A stretch of 52,185 nt of DNA from a virus. Shown here piece after piece: positions 23,922 through 32,867 of the stretch (position 1 is its first letter; every line of letters begins with the position of its first letter). The notes below the pieces were generated by a model, which was not told the origin of the DNA, did no database searches, and worked only from the letters and a program-made list of their open reading frames with translations. The stretch is from positions 1 to 52,185 of IMG/VR virus record IMGVR_UViG_3300045996_002710. One strand, 5' to 3'. Both the position numbers and the translations under genes were made by a program.

Positions 23922-24248
23922 CTAGGGCGTCGGCGGCCGGCCGCGGAGGAGCGCGTCGTGCTCGCGCAGGCTCGCCTCTATCCGGCCGACAGAGTCCTTC
24001 ATCGACCCGCCGCCGTTCGGGGTGACCTCGGCCCGGACCCGTGCCATGTCGGACTCGACGGCGGCGAGCCGGTCCATGATGCCGGGACGGGCGGGGACGC
24101 CGGGTCGGGCTGGTTCACCGCGGAGGTCGTCGAGGAGGTACCCGACGCTCCGGATTCCACGCCACGCCTTCTGCACGAGCCACCCCAATGCCGTCAGGCC
24201 GGCGACGATGCCGGCGATCGTTGCCGCGAGGCTTGTCACGTGGTTCAC
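23922..24248 (-). CDS. Lysis-associated membrane protein (108 aa; holin/spanin-like candidate)
   Basis: N-terminal TM helix LAATIAGIVAGLTALGWLV followed by a coiled-coil-like segment. Immediately downstream of the endolysin. Confidence 0.6.
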   Translation of the reverse strand: MNHVTSLAATIAGIVAGLTALGWLVQKAWRGIRSVGYLLDDLRGEPARPGVPARPGIMDRLAAVESDMARVRAEVTPNGGGSMKDSVGRIEASLREHDALLRGRPPTP

Positions 24249-24270
24249 CTATACCCCGCGTTCGTGTGGT

Positions 24271-25158
24271 TCAGACGGACAGGTGGGTGGCGTTGATCGC
24301 CGCTTTCACCTTGGCGTCGATGATCTCTTCGATGTCGGCGAGCGTCGGCAGCAGCGGGCCGAGCTGCTCGACGACGAGCGCTGCGACGGCGGCGGGGTCG
24401 ACACCGCCGGACTTGAGCGCAGCGACGTCTCCGGCGACCGCGGTCAGGTCACGGCGCAGCGCGAGGAGCGGGTTCGGGTAGCCGACCTTTGCCTGCTCGT
24501 TCCACGGGTAGTCGAACTTGATGACCTCCGTGCCGGCGACGAGGGCGGTCGCGGCGCGTTCGGCGTTGGCGATGAGCTGTGAGTCAGCCACGGAGTAGCT
24601 CCCTCCGGCGGCGGTGCCGCCGATCGCGGCGCTGACCGCGCCGAGGAGTCGGTCCCAGGGGAAGTTGCCGCCCGGGTCGGTGTGGTCGGTGCCGCCCCAG
24701 GCGAGGCGCATGTCGTTGTGCCCGTAGAAGGCTCTGACCTTGGGGTTGGCTTTCATCTCCGCGACGCTGGCCCGCCGGACCTGGAACCCGGCGAGGTCCG
24801 GGTCGTTGCGGATCAGCCACGCGAGGCAGTAGCCGAGCCGGTCCCACGCAACCCGGTCCAGCCACTGTTGCCGGGTCCAGCTGTTCAGGCCGGTGATCTC
24901 GACCGCGTACGCGTTCTCGTTCCCGGTGCCGCTGCCGGCGTGGCCGGCTTTCGCCTCGGTGTCGAGGGACTGGGTGACGCTGTCGGCGTCGGCGTACAGG
25001 TGCGCGGACGTGCCGTCGGGCCGGCGGGTCGCGTAGCTCGCCTCGTTGCTGTCGGAGGCCGTGTTCGCGGTGGCGTGGATCGCGATGCCGAACTTCCGGT
25101 CGTCGGCGTCGCGGTAGCTGTTGCGGCCCTGCACGTACGGGATGCCGGGGATTCTCAT
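24271..25158 (-). CDS. Endolysin: N-acetylmuramoyl-L-alanine amidase (Amidase_2/PGRP type) with a C-terminal extension
   Basis: GIAIHATAN..., AYAVEITG and GGTDHTDPG motifs. Confidence 0.85.
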   Translation of the reverse strand: MRIPGIPYVQGRNSYRDADDRKFGIAIHATANTASDSNEASYATRRPDGTSAHLYADADSVTQSLDTEAKAGHAGSGTGNENAYAVEITGLNSWTRQQWLDRVAWDRLGYCLAWLIRNDPDLAGFQVRRASVAEMKANPKVRAFYGHNDMRLAWGGTDHTDPGGNFPWDRLLGAVSAAIGGTAAGGSYSVADSQLIANAERAATALVAGTEVIKFDYPWNEQAKVGYPNPLLALRRDLTAVAGDVAALKSGGVDPAAVAALVVEQLGPLLPTLADIEEIIDAKVKAAINATHLSV

Positions 25159-25412
25159 GCGACCCCCTCCGGTAGGTGCACGACCGTCACCGGCCGGCCA
25201 GCCGGGTGGTCTTCGCCGACGAACCCGAGCTCGTCCGCGTACCAGGCCCTGCCGACCTTCGCCTGCTCGGTGACGTCCTCCGCGGTGAAGCTGTCGACGC
25301 CGTGGGCGGCGAGCCAGTCCCGGGCCGAGTCGCGCGGGCCGCTCAGGCCGGCCGCGTGCCCGTCGAGGATCAGGCCGTGGCCGGGGAGGTGGAACGGGTC
25401 ACGCGGGCTCAT
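25155..25412 (-). CDS. Hypothetical protein (85 aa)
   Basis: ATG start overlapping the upstream gene by 14 nt. Confidence 0.55.
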   Translation of the reverse strand: MSPRDPFHLPGHGLILDGHAAGLSGPRDSARDWLAAHGVDSFTAEDVTEQAKVGRAWYADELGFVGEDHPAGRPVTVVHLPEGVA

Positions 25413-25857
25413 AGAGGATCACCCCGTGGATCTGGTCGTTGGTCGCGAAGGTCTGCGGGATCGTCGGGGTCGCCACACCGACGGTGGCAGTGACGATCTT
25501 CAGCTTGGTGTTGTCCTGGAACTTGCAGACAGCGGCCTTGTCGAGGGTGCCGGAGTCGAGGATGTAGCAGGCCCCGACCGCGTACGCCACAGACGTCACC
25601 GAGGGCGTGACCGGCACCGAGATGAAGTACGTACCGGTGCCGTACGTCGTCGTGCCGCCCATGATGAGCCCGAACTCGAAGAGGATCAGGTCCGAGTCCG
25701 TCGGCTGCCGGTAGCGGCCGACGAGCGTCCCGTTGTTGACGACCGGCTGAGTGCCTGAACTGGACCACGCGATCGAGGCGTAGTTGTCCCAGCCGGGCTC
25801 GTTCAGCTCATTGAACTCGGCGTCGGTCGGTTCCTGGCCGGCGTTGAAGAGGCTCAC
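25399..25857 (-). CDS. Minor tail protein / receptor-binding candidate (152 aa)
   Basis: GTGA-coupled to the 917-aa tail protein. Beta-rich sequence of the kind seen in small actinophage minor tail proteins. Confidence 0.6.
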   Translation of the reverse strand: MSLFNAGQEPTDAEFNELNEPGWDNYASIAWSSSGTQPVVNNGTLVGRYRQPTDSDLILFEFGLIMGGTTTYGTGTYFISVPVTPSVTSVAYAVGACYILDSGTLDKAAVCKFQDNTKLKIVTATVGVATPTIPQTFATNDQIHGVILYEPA

Positions 25858-28607
25858 AGCGCGACCACCCCCGCCTTCCAGAGACCGACCGCGGTGGCGG
25901 CGAGGTGCGATTTGACGACACCGTTCACGGACCTGGTGACGGTGAACGTCTGCGGCGAGCTCGCGCCGGTGATGTTCGTGACGGTCATCCGTTCACCGCC
26001 GACCCCGATGTCGAAGCTTGTCGCGCCGGTCTTCCACAGCGACCCGCCGGTGCTCGCGACCGACAGCGACGTTGTGCTGGAGTTGATACCGGCGTTGAGC
26101 GTCGACCCGGCCGACGCGAGCCGGCCGCGGTTCCCGCCGCCGGCGATCGTGAAGACGTTCCAGGGCCGGGCGGGCCCGGTGTTGATCGCGACCCGCCAGG
26201 TGAAGCTGTCGAAGACCTCGGTGTACCCCTCGACGATCAGGTCCAGGTCGTCCGGTGGCAGTCCGGGCGGGACGTTGGTGATGGCGAGGCGGGACCCGAC
26301 GTCCGTGTCCAGCCAGTCACCGACGAGGTCGGAGTTGCGGGTGAGGTCGAGGCTGATCTGCGGGTAGCGGATCTCCCGGACCTTGCCCATGCCGAGCCGC
26401 CAGTCCGCCCGCGGCCGCATGTCCGCGTCGGTGTTGCTGTTGATCGTGACGGAGTCGGAGTAGATGCCGACGAGCCGGGCGATCTCCAGGTCGGTCGCGA
26501 CCGCGGCACGGGAGCCGCCGGACCGGTTGATGGTGACCTCGGTCCGGAGCAGGTAGTCGTCGCGGATCCCGGAGAAGCCAGCGCCGACCTGCCCCTGGTC
26601 GTGGTCGAGGGTGAGCGCGACGGTGGCGTTCTGCCGCATCGTCCGCGGCAGCAGGATCAACTGGCCCTGCTTGCCGTCGAAGAGCACACCCTCCTCGGTG
26701 AGCTCACAGTCGCGGAGCTGCTGCAGCAGCGTCGTCTGCCGCTGCTCACCCATCGCCTGTACGGTGGAGCCGTTCGTCGCGCCGTCGGCGCTGCCGAAGA
26801 ACACCGGGATGTTCTCCTCGGTGGCCAGCCGCGCGAACCGCGCCGACGTCAGCTCGCCGGCGTAGCCGGAGGCGAGCTCCGCCCCGTTCGTGAGGATGAG
26901 GCTGTTGCTGGCGGCGAGGAGGTGGCCGATGACCTGCCCGCCGTTGGTGAACTGCAACGCGTCGTGGCTGAAGAGGCTGATGTTGCCGTTCGTGCCGGCG
27001 ACGGACCCGACGAGGAGGGCGCTGGCGTCGCTGTCGTCGGTGTTGACGGTGATGTCCCACTCGATGTTCCCGGCGAGCTCGTACGCGTTCACCGCGACGT
27101 ACAGCTGCCGGTCGAGGATGTCGCCGTACGGCAGTGCACCGGTGCCGGCGCCGAGGACGTTGACGTTCGCGGCGTTGAACCCGCCGATCGTGAACGTCCC
27201 GTCGGTGTTGATGTAGACCGCCCACAGCCGGACGGTGCTCGTCGGGCACGCCCAGGCGATGACCGCGGTCTGAGCAGCCGGCGCCGGGACCTGCAGCGCG
27301 AACCGCACACCCCACTCGGTGGAGGCGGCGTACGCGGGGACGGGCGCCCGCCACGACGCCGCCGGACCGCCGGTCGGCAGTGACTCCGACCCGGCGAACC
27401 CCGACGCTGACCCGGGCCGGACGTCGGTGAACTGGACCGCCGGGCCTCCGGACACACCGGACGCGAACATCGTCGCGCCGGAGTCGTCCTCCATCGGCCA
27501 GTACGCGACGACCGGTGGGGTGGTCGCGTACGTCTCCTTGGTGCTCGCCCGGTACAGGGCGGACTTGAGGGCCTTGCCCAGGCCGAGGCGGCGGAGCTGC
27601 CCGGATGCGGTGATGTCGGCGAACGCGACGGTCTCCGACTCGTCGGCCCAGCTGGTGGGCCACTGGTCGACGTAGCCGGTGAACTGGTACCGCGGCCCGT
27701 CGACCATCGAATAGCTGTCGAAGTCGATGCTCGCATTGGCGTTGGTGTTGCCGGTCTCCCGGATCGACGTCAGGCCGAGCGTCCCGGTGTTCGCGGCGAG
27801 GGTCGCGTCGTCGGTGCCGTCGAGCTGCCACGTGGTCGGCTCGTCGGTGCCGTCCTGCCACGCCTTGACCCGGACGGCCTGCAAAAACGTCTGCACCCGG
27901 ATCCACACCCACGTCGACGTGGAGTGGGTGAGGCCCGTGTCTTCGGACGCGACGACCGTGTCAAGCGCCGCGGCCCGCTCGACGAGCCGGACCGTGATCG
28001 CTCCGGACGTCGCGAACTGCAGCTCAGCGCGGGCACTGGCGGCGCTGCTCACGTACCGCAGCAGCAGGCCGGCGGACTGCGCTGCACCGGTCGACAGCGC
28101 GTTGACGCGGACCTTCACCGTCTGGTCAGAACGCAGGATCGACAGGCCGAGCTGCGAGTGGTGCCGGGTCGCTGCCGCGGTGTGGAGGTGCCGGCCGCCG
28201 GACGCCGCGGCGACGGAGTAGTCCGACGCGGCTCCACCGGTGTTCGTCCATGCCCCGCCCGAGTCGGCGTTGCCCCAGCTCGACGCCTCGGTCCGGTTGA
28301 AGCTGTCGGACAGCTGGTTGTCGTTCGGCCGATTCAGCACCCGCAACGGGGTGTTCTGGTCGATGAGCCCGTAGTACGGCGACATCGGGTTGTCGGGGAC
28401 CCAGATGCCGTCGGGGTTGAGCAGCACCAGGGAGCAGCTTGACGGACCGGTGGTCGCGTACCGGTCGCGGCGGCCGCGGGTGATGCTGATCTTCGACGGT
28501 GCGTGGGTGTAGGACGTGATGTCGGTCCATGACCACCCGGTCGGGTTCGCGCCGGGGAGGTCGGCGCCGGGGGCGAGTTCGACTGTTGGATGGAAGCGGA
28601 CGGACAC
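25854..28607 (-). CDS. Large minor tail protein with a Dit-like (siphovirus distal tail) N-terminus (917 aa)
   Basis: Located immediately after the tape-measure region. N-terminal WSWTDITSY..ISITRGRRD..CSLVLLNPDG pattern typical of distal tail proteins. Confidence 0.8.
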   Translation of the reverse strand: MSVRFHPTVELAPGADLPGANPTGWSWTDITSYTHAPSKISITRGRRDRYATTGPSSCSLVLLNPDGIWVPDNPMSPYYGLIDQNTPLRVLNRPNDNQLSDSFNRTEASSWGNADSGGAWTNTGGAASDYSVAAASGGRHLHTAAATRHHSQLGLSILRSDQTVKVRVNALSTGAAQSAGLLLRYVSSAASARAELQFATSGAITVRLVERAAALDTVVASEDTGLTHSTSTWVWIRVQTFLQAVRVKAWQDGTDEPTTWQLDGTDDATLAANTGTLGLTSIRETGNTNANASIDFDSYSMVDGPRYQFTGYVDQWPTSWADESETVAFADITASGQLRRLGLGKALKSALYRASTKETYATTPPVVAYWPMEDDSGATMFASGVSGGPAVQFTDVRPGSASGFAGSESLPTGGPAASWRAPVPAYAASTEWGVRFALQVPAPAAQTAVIAWACPTSTVRLWAVYINTDGTFTIGGFNAANVNVLGAGTGALPYGDILDRQLYVAVNAYELAGNIEWDITVNTDDSDASALLVGSVAGTNGNISLFSHDALQFTNGGQVIGHLLAASNSLILTNGAELASGYAGELTSARFARLATEENIPVFFGSADGATNGSTVQAMGEQRQTTLLQQLRDCELTEEGVLFDGKQGQLILLPRTMRQNATVALTLDHDQGQVGAGFSGIRDDYLLRTEVTINRSGGSRAAVATDLEIARLVGIYSDSVTINSNTDADMRPRADWRLGMGKVREIRYPQISLDLTRNSDLVGDWLDTDVGSRLAITNVPPGLPPDDLDLIVEGYTEVFDSFTWRVAINTGPARPWNVFTIAGGGNRGRLASAGSTLNAGINSSTTSLSVASTGGSLWKTGATSFDIGVGGERMTVTNITGASSPQTFTVTRSVNGVVKSHLAATAVGLWKAGVVAL

Positions 28608-28650
28608 GTCATCACCTCTTCACCCGATGTGATGTTGGCGCGTGTCCGTC
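28599..28650. promoter_or_regulatory. Mirror-symmetric divergent start region
   Basis: 10-bp perfect inverted repeat GACGGACACG (28599-28608) / CGTGTCCGTC (28641-28650), with nested CATCAC (28610-28615) / GTGATG (28629-28634). Both arms contain a GTG start codon. Read directly. Confidence 0.6.
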
Positions 28651-29157
28651 ACACTGCGGAACGTGTCCACCCCTGACGCACCGATCCGGCCCGCCGAGAT
28701 GTCCCCCCGCCGCCCGTTCGGCCTGGCCTGGCTCCTGATCGCCGCAGTGCTCGCCGGCGGCGGCATCGTCGCGTACATGGCGGCGACCGGCGAGGCGCCA
28801 CCGGTGCACGCCGAGCCGGCCCAGTCGGCGAACGCGCCGACATCCGCAGCGACATCCGCGGTGGCACTGCTGACAGAGCGCGAGACGTGCGAGAGGCTCA
28901 ACCCGCCGCTCCGGAAAGCGTCGGCGATGTACACCGCCTACATGCGGGACGGCACGACGCCGACGAGCGAGGCTGCGGCAGCGCTGCGGGCCGAGCTCCG
29001 CGAGGTGCAGAAGGTCGCCTACGCCGACATGAGCCCTCACATCGGCCAGGTCATGAAGGGCGTGTCGCTGCTCCCAGCGGGCGGTGCCGGCATCAGCTTC
29101 CGGGACTGGGACTACGCCGGCCAGCACCTGACCACCCGGTGTGCCGGCGTGAGTTAG
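28642..29157 (+). CDS. Opposite-strand secreted/membrane-anchored protein (171 aa; alternative ATG start at 28699)
   Basis: High GC3 in this frame. N-terminal RR + FGLAWLLIAAVLAGGGIVAYMAA hydrophobic segment, with two Cys in the mature part. The antisense ORF 28612..29127 is Arg-rich shadow. Confidence 0.7.
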   Translation: MSVTLRNVSTPDAPIRPAEMSPRRPFGLAWLLIAAVLAGGGIVAYMAATGEAPPVHAEPAQSANAPTSAATSAVALLTERETCERLNPPLRKASAMYTAYMRDGTTPTSEAAAALRAELREVQKVAYADMSPHIGQVMKGVSLLPAGGAGISFRDWDYAGQHLTTRCAGVS

Positions 29158-31301
29158 CGGGCCGTGACTGCCTGGCCGTTCACGAACAGCTGGATCTGGC
29201 CGGTGTCGACGAGCTTCTGGATGAACGTGCCGAATTCGCCGCCGCCGGAGACGACGAGCCTTGACGGCACGCCCGCCGTTTGCCCGGCGGCCGGGCCGCT
29301 CCGGGACATCTGGCTGACGAGCCGCTGCGTCTGTGCAGCGGTCGACACGAACTGGCCCATGTTGCCCCAGACGATCTCGGGGCCCTCTTCACCGACGAGC
29401 ATCGGGCCGGTGCCGGTGACGGTGCCGCCCTCGGCGTAGGCGCTGCCGGCGTTGCGGCGCTGATCACCGCCGGAGACCACGCCCTCGACACTGACGTTGC
29501 CGACCTGGCGGACTCTGACCGTGACGGTGACTTCCTTGCTGTAGTAGCTCTCCATCAGCCGGCGGGCCGCCTCAGCACCGATGCCGGTCTTGGCGATCAA
29601 CCGCTCGAGGTTCGCGAGCTGCTGGTTGTAGGCCGCGGTGGCAGCGTCGTACGCCTCCTGGGTGCCGCCGCCGGCCGCGATCGCCGCGTCACGCTGCCGC
29701 TTCAGGTCTTCGATGGTCCGGTTGATCATCGACAGGTTGTCGGCGCCCTTTTGCGTGTTGATGTCGATCGTGGCGCCGTTCTCCCGGAACGCCTCGGTCA
29801 GGTCGCGGAGGTCGTTCGCCACCGCGATCTCAGCGTTGCTGACACCGAGCAGCACGTCGCGGGTTTCGTTGAACTCGTCGTTGAGCCGTTCGACGGTGGC
29901 CAGCGCGTCGCGTTCCGCCTGGTCGATGCCGTAGAACGCGGTCGTGCCCGATTCGCCGACGCTGTCGAGGGTCGGGCCGAGACGCGACGCCTGGTCCTCG
30001 AACTGGCCGAGCAGGGTGATCCCGAGACTTATCCCGCCCGAGCCGATCGCGGCCTCAACAGGGTGGTCCTGGATGTAGGTGTACGTGTCTTCCGCTGCCT
30101 CGGTGATCGCGCCGAAGGCACGGACGATGCCGGCCACGACGGTGATCGTGTCCCGCAGGGCAGCTGCGCCGCCCTCCGCCCCGTCAGCGATGTCGGAGAA
30201 CGCGTCCCCCGCGGCGTCGCCGAGTTCGATGAGGCCTTCCGACAGCGCGAGCACGGCCGGTTCGCCCTTGTCGACCATCGCCGATACGCCGCGCAGGATG
30301 CCTGACGCGAGGCCGCCGAGCCCGTCGACGAGCGGATCCACATACTTCGCCGCGTTGGCGAACATGTCGTCCAAGTCCCACGACTCGACCAGCGGACCGA
30401 TGTCGCGGATCGCCTCGAGCGTCGGGCCGGTGAACACCTCGGTCGCGCCGAGGAACTCTTCCTTGACCGTGTCGGCAGCGCTGGCCCACTCGGCCTTGAA
30501 CTTGTCAGGGTCGCCCATGATCGCACCGGCGATGCCAGCGCCGGCGACACCGAACCCGGCAAGGCCGGTGAGCGCGCCGCCGAGGGCGGACAGCAGCGGC
30601 ACGGCGGCCGCGGCACCGAGCGCGGCCCCGGCCGAGCCGAGCACCGGGGTCGGCATGCCCTGCAGTCCGTTGCCGACTCCGTTGCCGGCGCCGAGCGCCC
30701 GCCGGCCGAGCCGGGCCAGGAGGGAGTTGTTCTCGTTGTTGCGGCGTTCTTCCTCGTCGCGGCGTAGCTGCGCACGGTGTGCTTCCTCGGCGAGCCTGGC
30801 CAGGCGGTGCTGGTTTTCGACGTCCTCGTCGGCGATCCGCCGGCGGGTCGCCTGGAGCCGGGCCAGTTCCTGCTGCTGCCGCTCGATCTGCCGCAACACG
30901 GCCGGGTCGCCGCTACGCGCGTACTCGCTGTTGAGCCGCTGCAACTCGCGGCGCACGTCGCCGAGCTGATTGTCGAGCTGCGCGGCCGCGGCGGTGGAGT
31001 TCCGGAACCCGGCCCGCAGCCGCTCCGCGTCGAACCGCTCGTTGGAGACGTCGGCGAGGCGCCGCTGCAGCCGCTCCAGCTCGGCGCTGAGCTCCGCGGA
31101 CGGGCCGTTGTTCGCGATCTCGTCGTTGACCCGGTCGAGGGCCCGCTGCGCTTCGTTGGCCTCGGATTCGAGATGATCAAACGACCGCGCGAGCTGGTCG
31201 GTGATCCGGGCGGCGCGGGCGGACCCTGATGCGACATCGTTGAGTGCCGCCTGGGCGCGGCGAGCATCACCGCGGATGTTGAGGTCGAGATCGCTCGCCA
31301 C
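29154..31301 (-). CDS. Tape measure protein (715 aa)
   Basis: Position after the G/GT chaperones. Coiled-coil N-terminus and a Gly/Ala-rich hydrophobic central segment. Confidence 0.9.
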   Translation of the reverse strand: MASDLDLNIRGDARRAQAALNDVASGSARAARITDQLARSFDHLESEANEAQRALDRVNDEIANNGPSAELSAELERLQRRLADVSNERFDAERLRAGFRNSTAAAAQLDNQLGDVRRELQRLNSEYARSGDPAVLRQIERQQQELARLQATRRRIADEDVENQHRLARLAEEAHRAQLRRDEEERRNNENNSLLARLGRRALGAGNGVGNGLQGMPTPVLGSAGAALGAAAAVPLLSALGGALTGLAGFGVAGAGIAGAIMGDPDKFKAEWASAADTVKEEFLGATEVFTGPTLEAIRDIGPLVESWDLDDMFANAAKYVDPLVDGLGGLASGILRGVSAMVDKGEPAVLALSEGLIELGDAAGDAFSDIADGAEGGAAALRDTITVVAGIVRAFGAITEAAEDTYTYIQDHPVEAAIGSGGISLGITLLGQFEDQASRLGPTLDSVGESGTTAFYGIDQAERDALATVERLNDEFNETRDVLLGVSNAEIAVANDLRDLTEAFRENGATIDINTQKGADNLSMINRTIEDLKRQRDAAIAAGGGTQEAYDAATAAYNQQLANLERLIAKTGIGAEAARRLMESYYSKEVTVTVRVRQVGNVSVEGVVSGGDQRRNAGSAYAEGGTVTGTGPMLVGEEGPEIVWGNMGQFVSTAAQTQRLVSQMSRSGPAAGQTAGVPSRLVVSGGGEFGTFIQKLVDTGQIQLFVNGQAVTAR

Positions 31302-31311
31302 CGGTCACCCC

Positions 31312-31943
31312 CTACAGACCGCGGTCCATCCACGCCTTGATCATGCTTTTGCCGAAGTCCCACCGGTCGGCCGGAAAGCCGTTCGGGGTCTCGAAGTCGG
31401 CGAGGCGCAGGCCAGGGAAGTACCGCAGGAACAACATCTCCATCGCCCGGTCGGGGATCTCTACGGACTCGTCGTAGCTGCCGAATCCGTCGGAGCTTTT
31501 CCCTCGTCGTCCTCTTCCTCGCCGTCTTCTTCGGTCTCGTCGGCGCCGTAGTTGATCCGGAGACCGTCGGCGATCAGGTCGAAGACGACCTCACCGTCCT
31601 TGTCGTCCCACGGCACCCTGATCCCGTGGCCCCACAGCGCCAGCCAGACGAGCATCGGCAGAGCGTCGGGGTGGCGGGTCAGCCGCATCCGCACGACCGG
31701 CTCGTTGTTCTCGTCGAGCTTCGGCGAGCTGTCCTCGTTGAGGACCGGCACCGGGATCGGGTTGTTGTGCTCGTCGAGCTCGGGCACGCCGCGGAGCTGG
31801 TCGATCAGCCAGCCGTACGGCCGCTTCGTCGCGGTCTCGAACGCTGTCCGCTGACGGATGCCGACCTCGACGAGGTTGAACGGGATCGGGCCGGTGACGC
31901 CGAGCCTCGCGCAGTCTTTCGGGTGCAGGGTGATGGTGCCCAT
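31312..31943 (-). CDS. Tail assembly chaperone GT-like fusion made by a programmed -1 frameshift
   Basis: The -1 frame after G GGA AAA reads GKSSDGFGSYDESVEIPDRAMEMLFLRYFPGLRLADFETPNGFPADRWDFGKSMIKAWMDRGL and stops at 31312, 8 nt before the tape-measure GTG. Confidence 0.7.
31461..31943 (-). CDS. Tail assembly chaperone (G-like, 160 aa)
   Basis: Immediately upstream of the tape measure. Acidic C-terminus. Contains the GGGAAAA slippery site near its 3' end. Confidence 0.8.
   Translation of the reverse strand: MGTITLHPKDCARLGVTGPIPFNLVEVGIRQRTAFETATKRPYGWLIDQLRGVPELDEHNNPIPVPVLNEDSSPKLDENNEPVVRMRLTRHPDALPMLVWLALWGHGIRVPWDDKDGEVVFDLIADGLRINYGADETEEDGEEEDDEGKAPTDSAATTSP
31497..31503 (-). promoter_or_regulatory. 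Slippery heptamer G GGA AAA (-1 programmed ribosomal frameshift site)
   Basis: Plus strand ttttccc, which is minus strand GGGAAAA in X XXY YYZ phase of the chaperone frame. Confidence 0.7.
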
Positions 31944-31950
31944 AGGGGTA

Positions 31951-32457
31951 TTAGCCTCGCTCGATAGATTGGATGGTCTTGTCGATGGCCGCCTGGCACT
32001 TCGCCTCGAAAATGGCCCGGTCCGACCGGATTTCCTCGTAGAACCAGGGCTTGCCGGAGCTCGCGGCCCATTTGCTGCGGTTGCCCATGATCGGGTGCCG
32101 CCACCGCTTCCCGGAGTCCATGTGGAACGGCAGGTTCCGGGCGTCGCCGAGCCGACCCGTCTTGACGACGAACCGGACCCGCGGCGTGTCCGACCCGGTC
32201 CGGACCTCCAGCTCGGTGACCGCCGCGATCCGCCGCCGCAGACCCTTGCCGGCGCGTCGCTCGCGGAACGGGCGGCCGCCGGCGCGGTAGCCCTTGACGT
32301 CCATCGACGTCATGTTGCGTTTGACCCGCTTCAGCGTGTCCTGGCCGGCGTCGCGGAACGCCTTCGTCAGCTCCGCGCGGAGGACGCCCCTCGCCCGCCG
32401 CAGGCGCCGGGACAGGTCCTGCAGCTGCCCGGCGCCCACGATGGTGAGGGAGAGCAT
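31951..32457 (-). CDS. HK97 gp10-like tail/neck component (168 aa, tentative)
   Basis: Trimmed to the ATG at 32457. Overall pattern (N-terminal helices, GLRRRIA, central strand block, PWFYEEI) resembles the HK97 gp10 family. Its position after the tube gene is atypical. Confidence 0.45.
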   Translation of the reverse strand: MLSLTIVGAGQLQDLSRRLRRARGVLRAELTKAFRDAGQDTLKRVKRNMTSMDVKGYRAGGRPFRERRAGKGLRRRIAAVTELEVRTGSDTPRVRFVVKTGRLGDARNLPFHMDSGKRWRHPIMGNRSKWAASSGKPWFYEEIRSDRAIFEAKCQAAIDKTIQSIERG

Positions 32458-32461
32458 CGGG

Positions 32462-32863
32462 TCAGCCGACCTTCGCGATGGTCGAGGCGGCGTTCCACTG
32501 CGAGGAGATGGCGACCGCGCCGGCGACACCACCGTTGATCGAGAAGTCGGGCAGGATCGTGCCCCAGAAGTACTTCACGACCGACAGCAGGTTCGGGTAC
32601 AGGTAGAACTTCCGTGCGAGCCCGTCCGTCGCCGCGGTGTACGTCTGGGCGGTGGAGTCGTCGTGGAACCCGTCGAAGTTGCCCGAGGCGTCGGCCAGGC
32701 CGGCGACATAGACCTTGTTGCTGTCGCCCATCGCGCTGACGTCGATCTTCTCGACCGTGAAGTTGATGGACCAGCTGGCGAGGTACGGCACCGGCTCGGC
32801 GACGGCGGTGTCGCTGGCGATGCCGAGGTAGACCCGGCCGTTGCGCCCGTGGTAGCGACCCAT
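32462..32863 (-). CDS. Major tail (tube) protein candidate (133 aa)
   Basis: GRVYLG...WSINFTVEKIDVSAMGD...GLADASGNFDGFHDD pattern typical of siphovirus tube proteins. Confidence 0.6.
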   Translation of the reverse strand: MGRYHGRNGRVYLGIASDTAVAEPVPYLASWSINFTVEKIDVSAMGDSNKVYVAGLADASGNFDGFHDDSTAQTYTAATDGLARKFYLYPNLLSVVKYFWGTILPDFSINGGVAGAVAISSQWNAASTIAKVG

Positions 32864-32867
32864 GCGG

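Noticed and set aside
25905-27383. 492-aa plus-strand ORF, plus the 388-aa minus-strand ORF 26746..27912, inside the tail gene
   Set aside because: Arg/Pro/Gly/Asp-rich alternative-frame ORFs typical of high-GC DNA. The 917-aa frame has the coherent composition and coupling.
28612-29127. 171-aa minus-strand ORF that would keep the late operon uninterrupted
   Set aside because: Extremely Arg-rich with poor codon bias. The plus-strand frame 28642..29157 has the coding signature and a signal/anchor segment.
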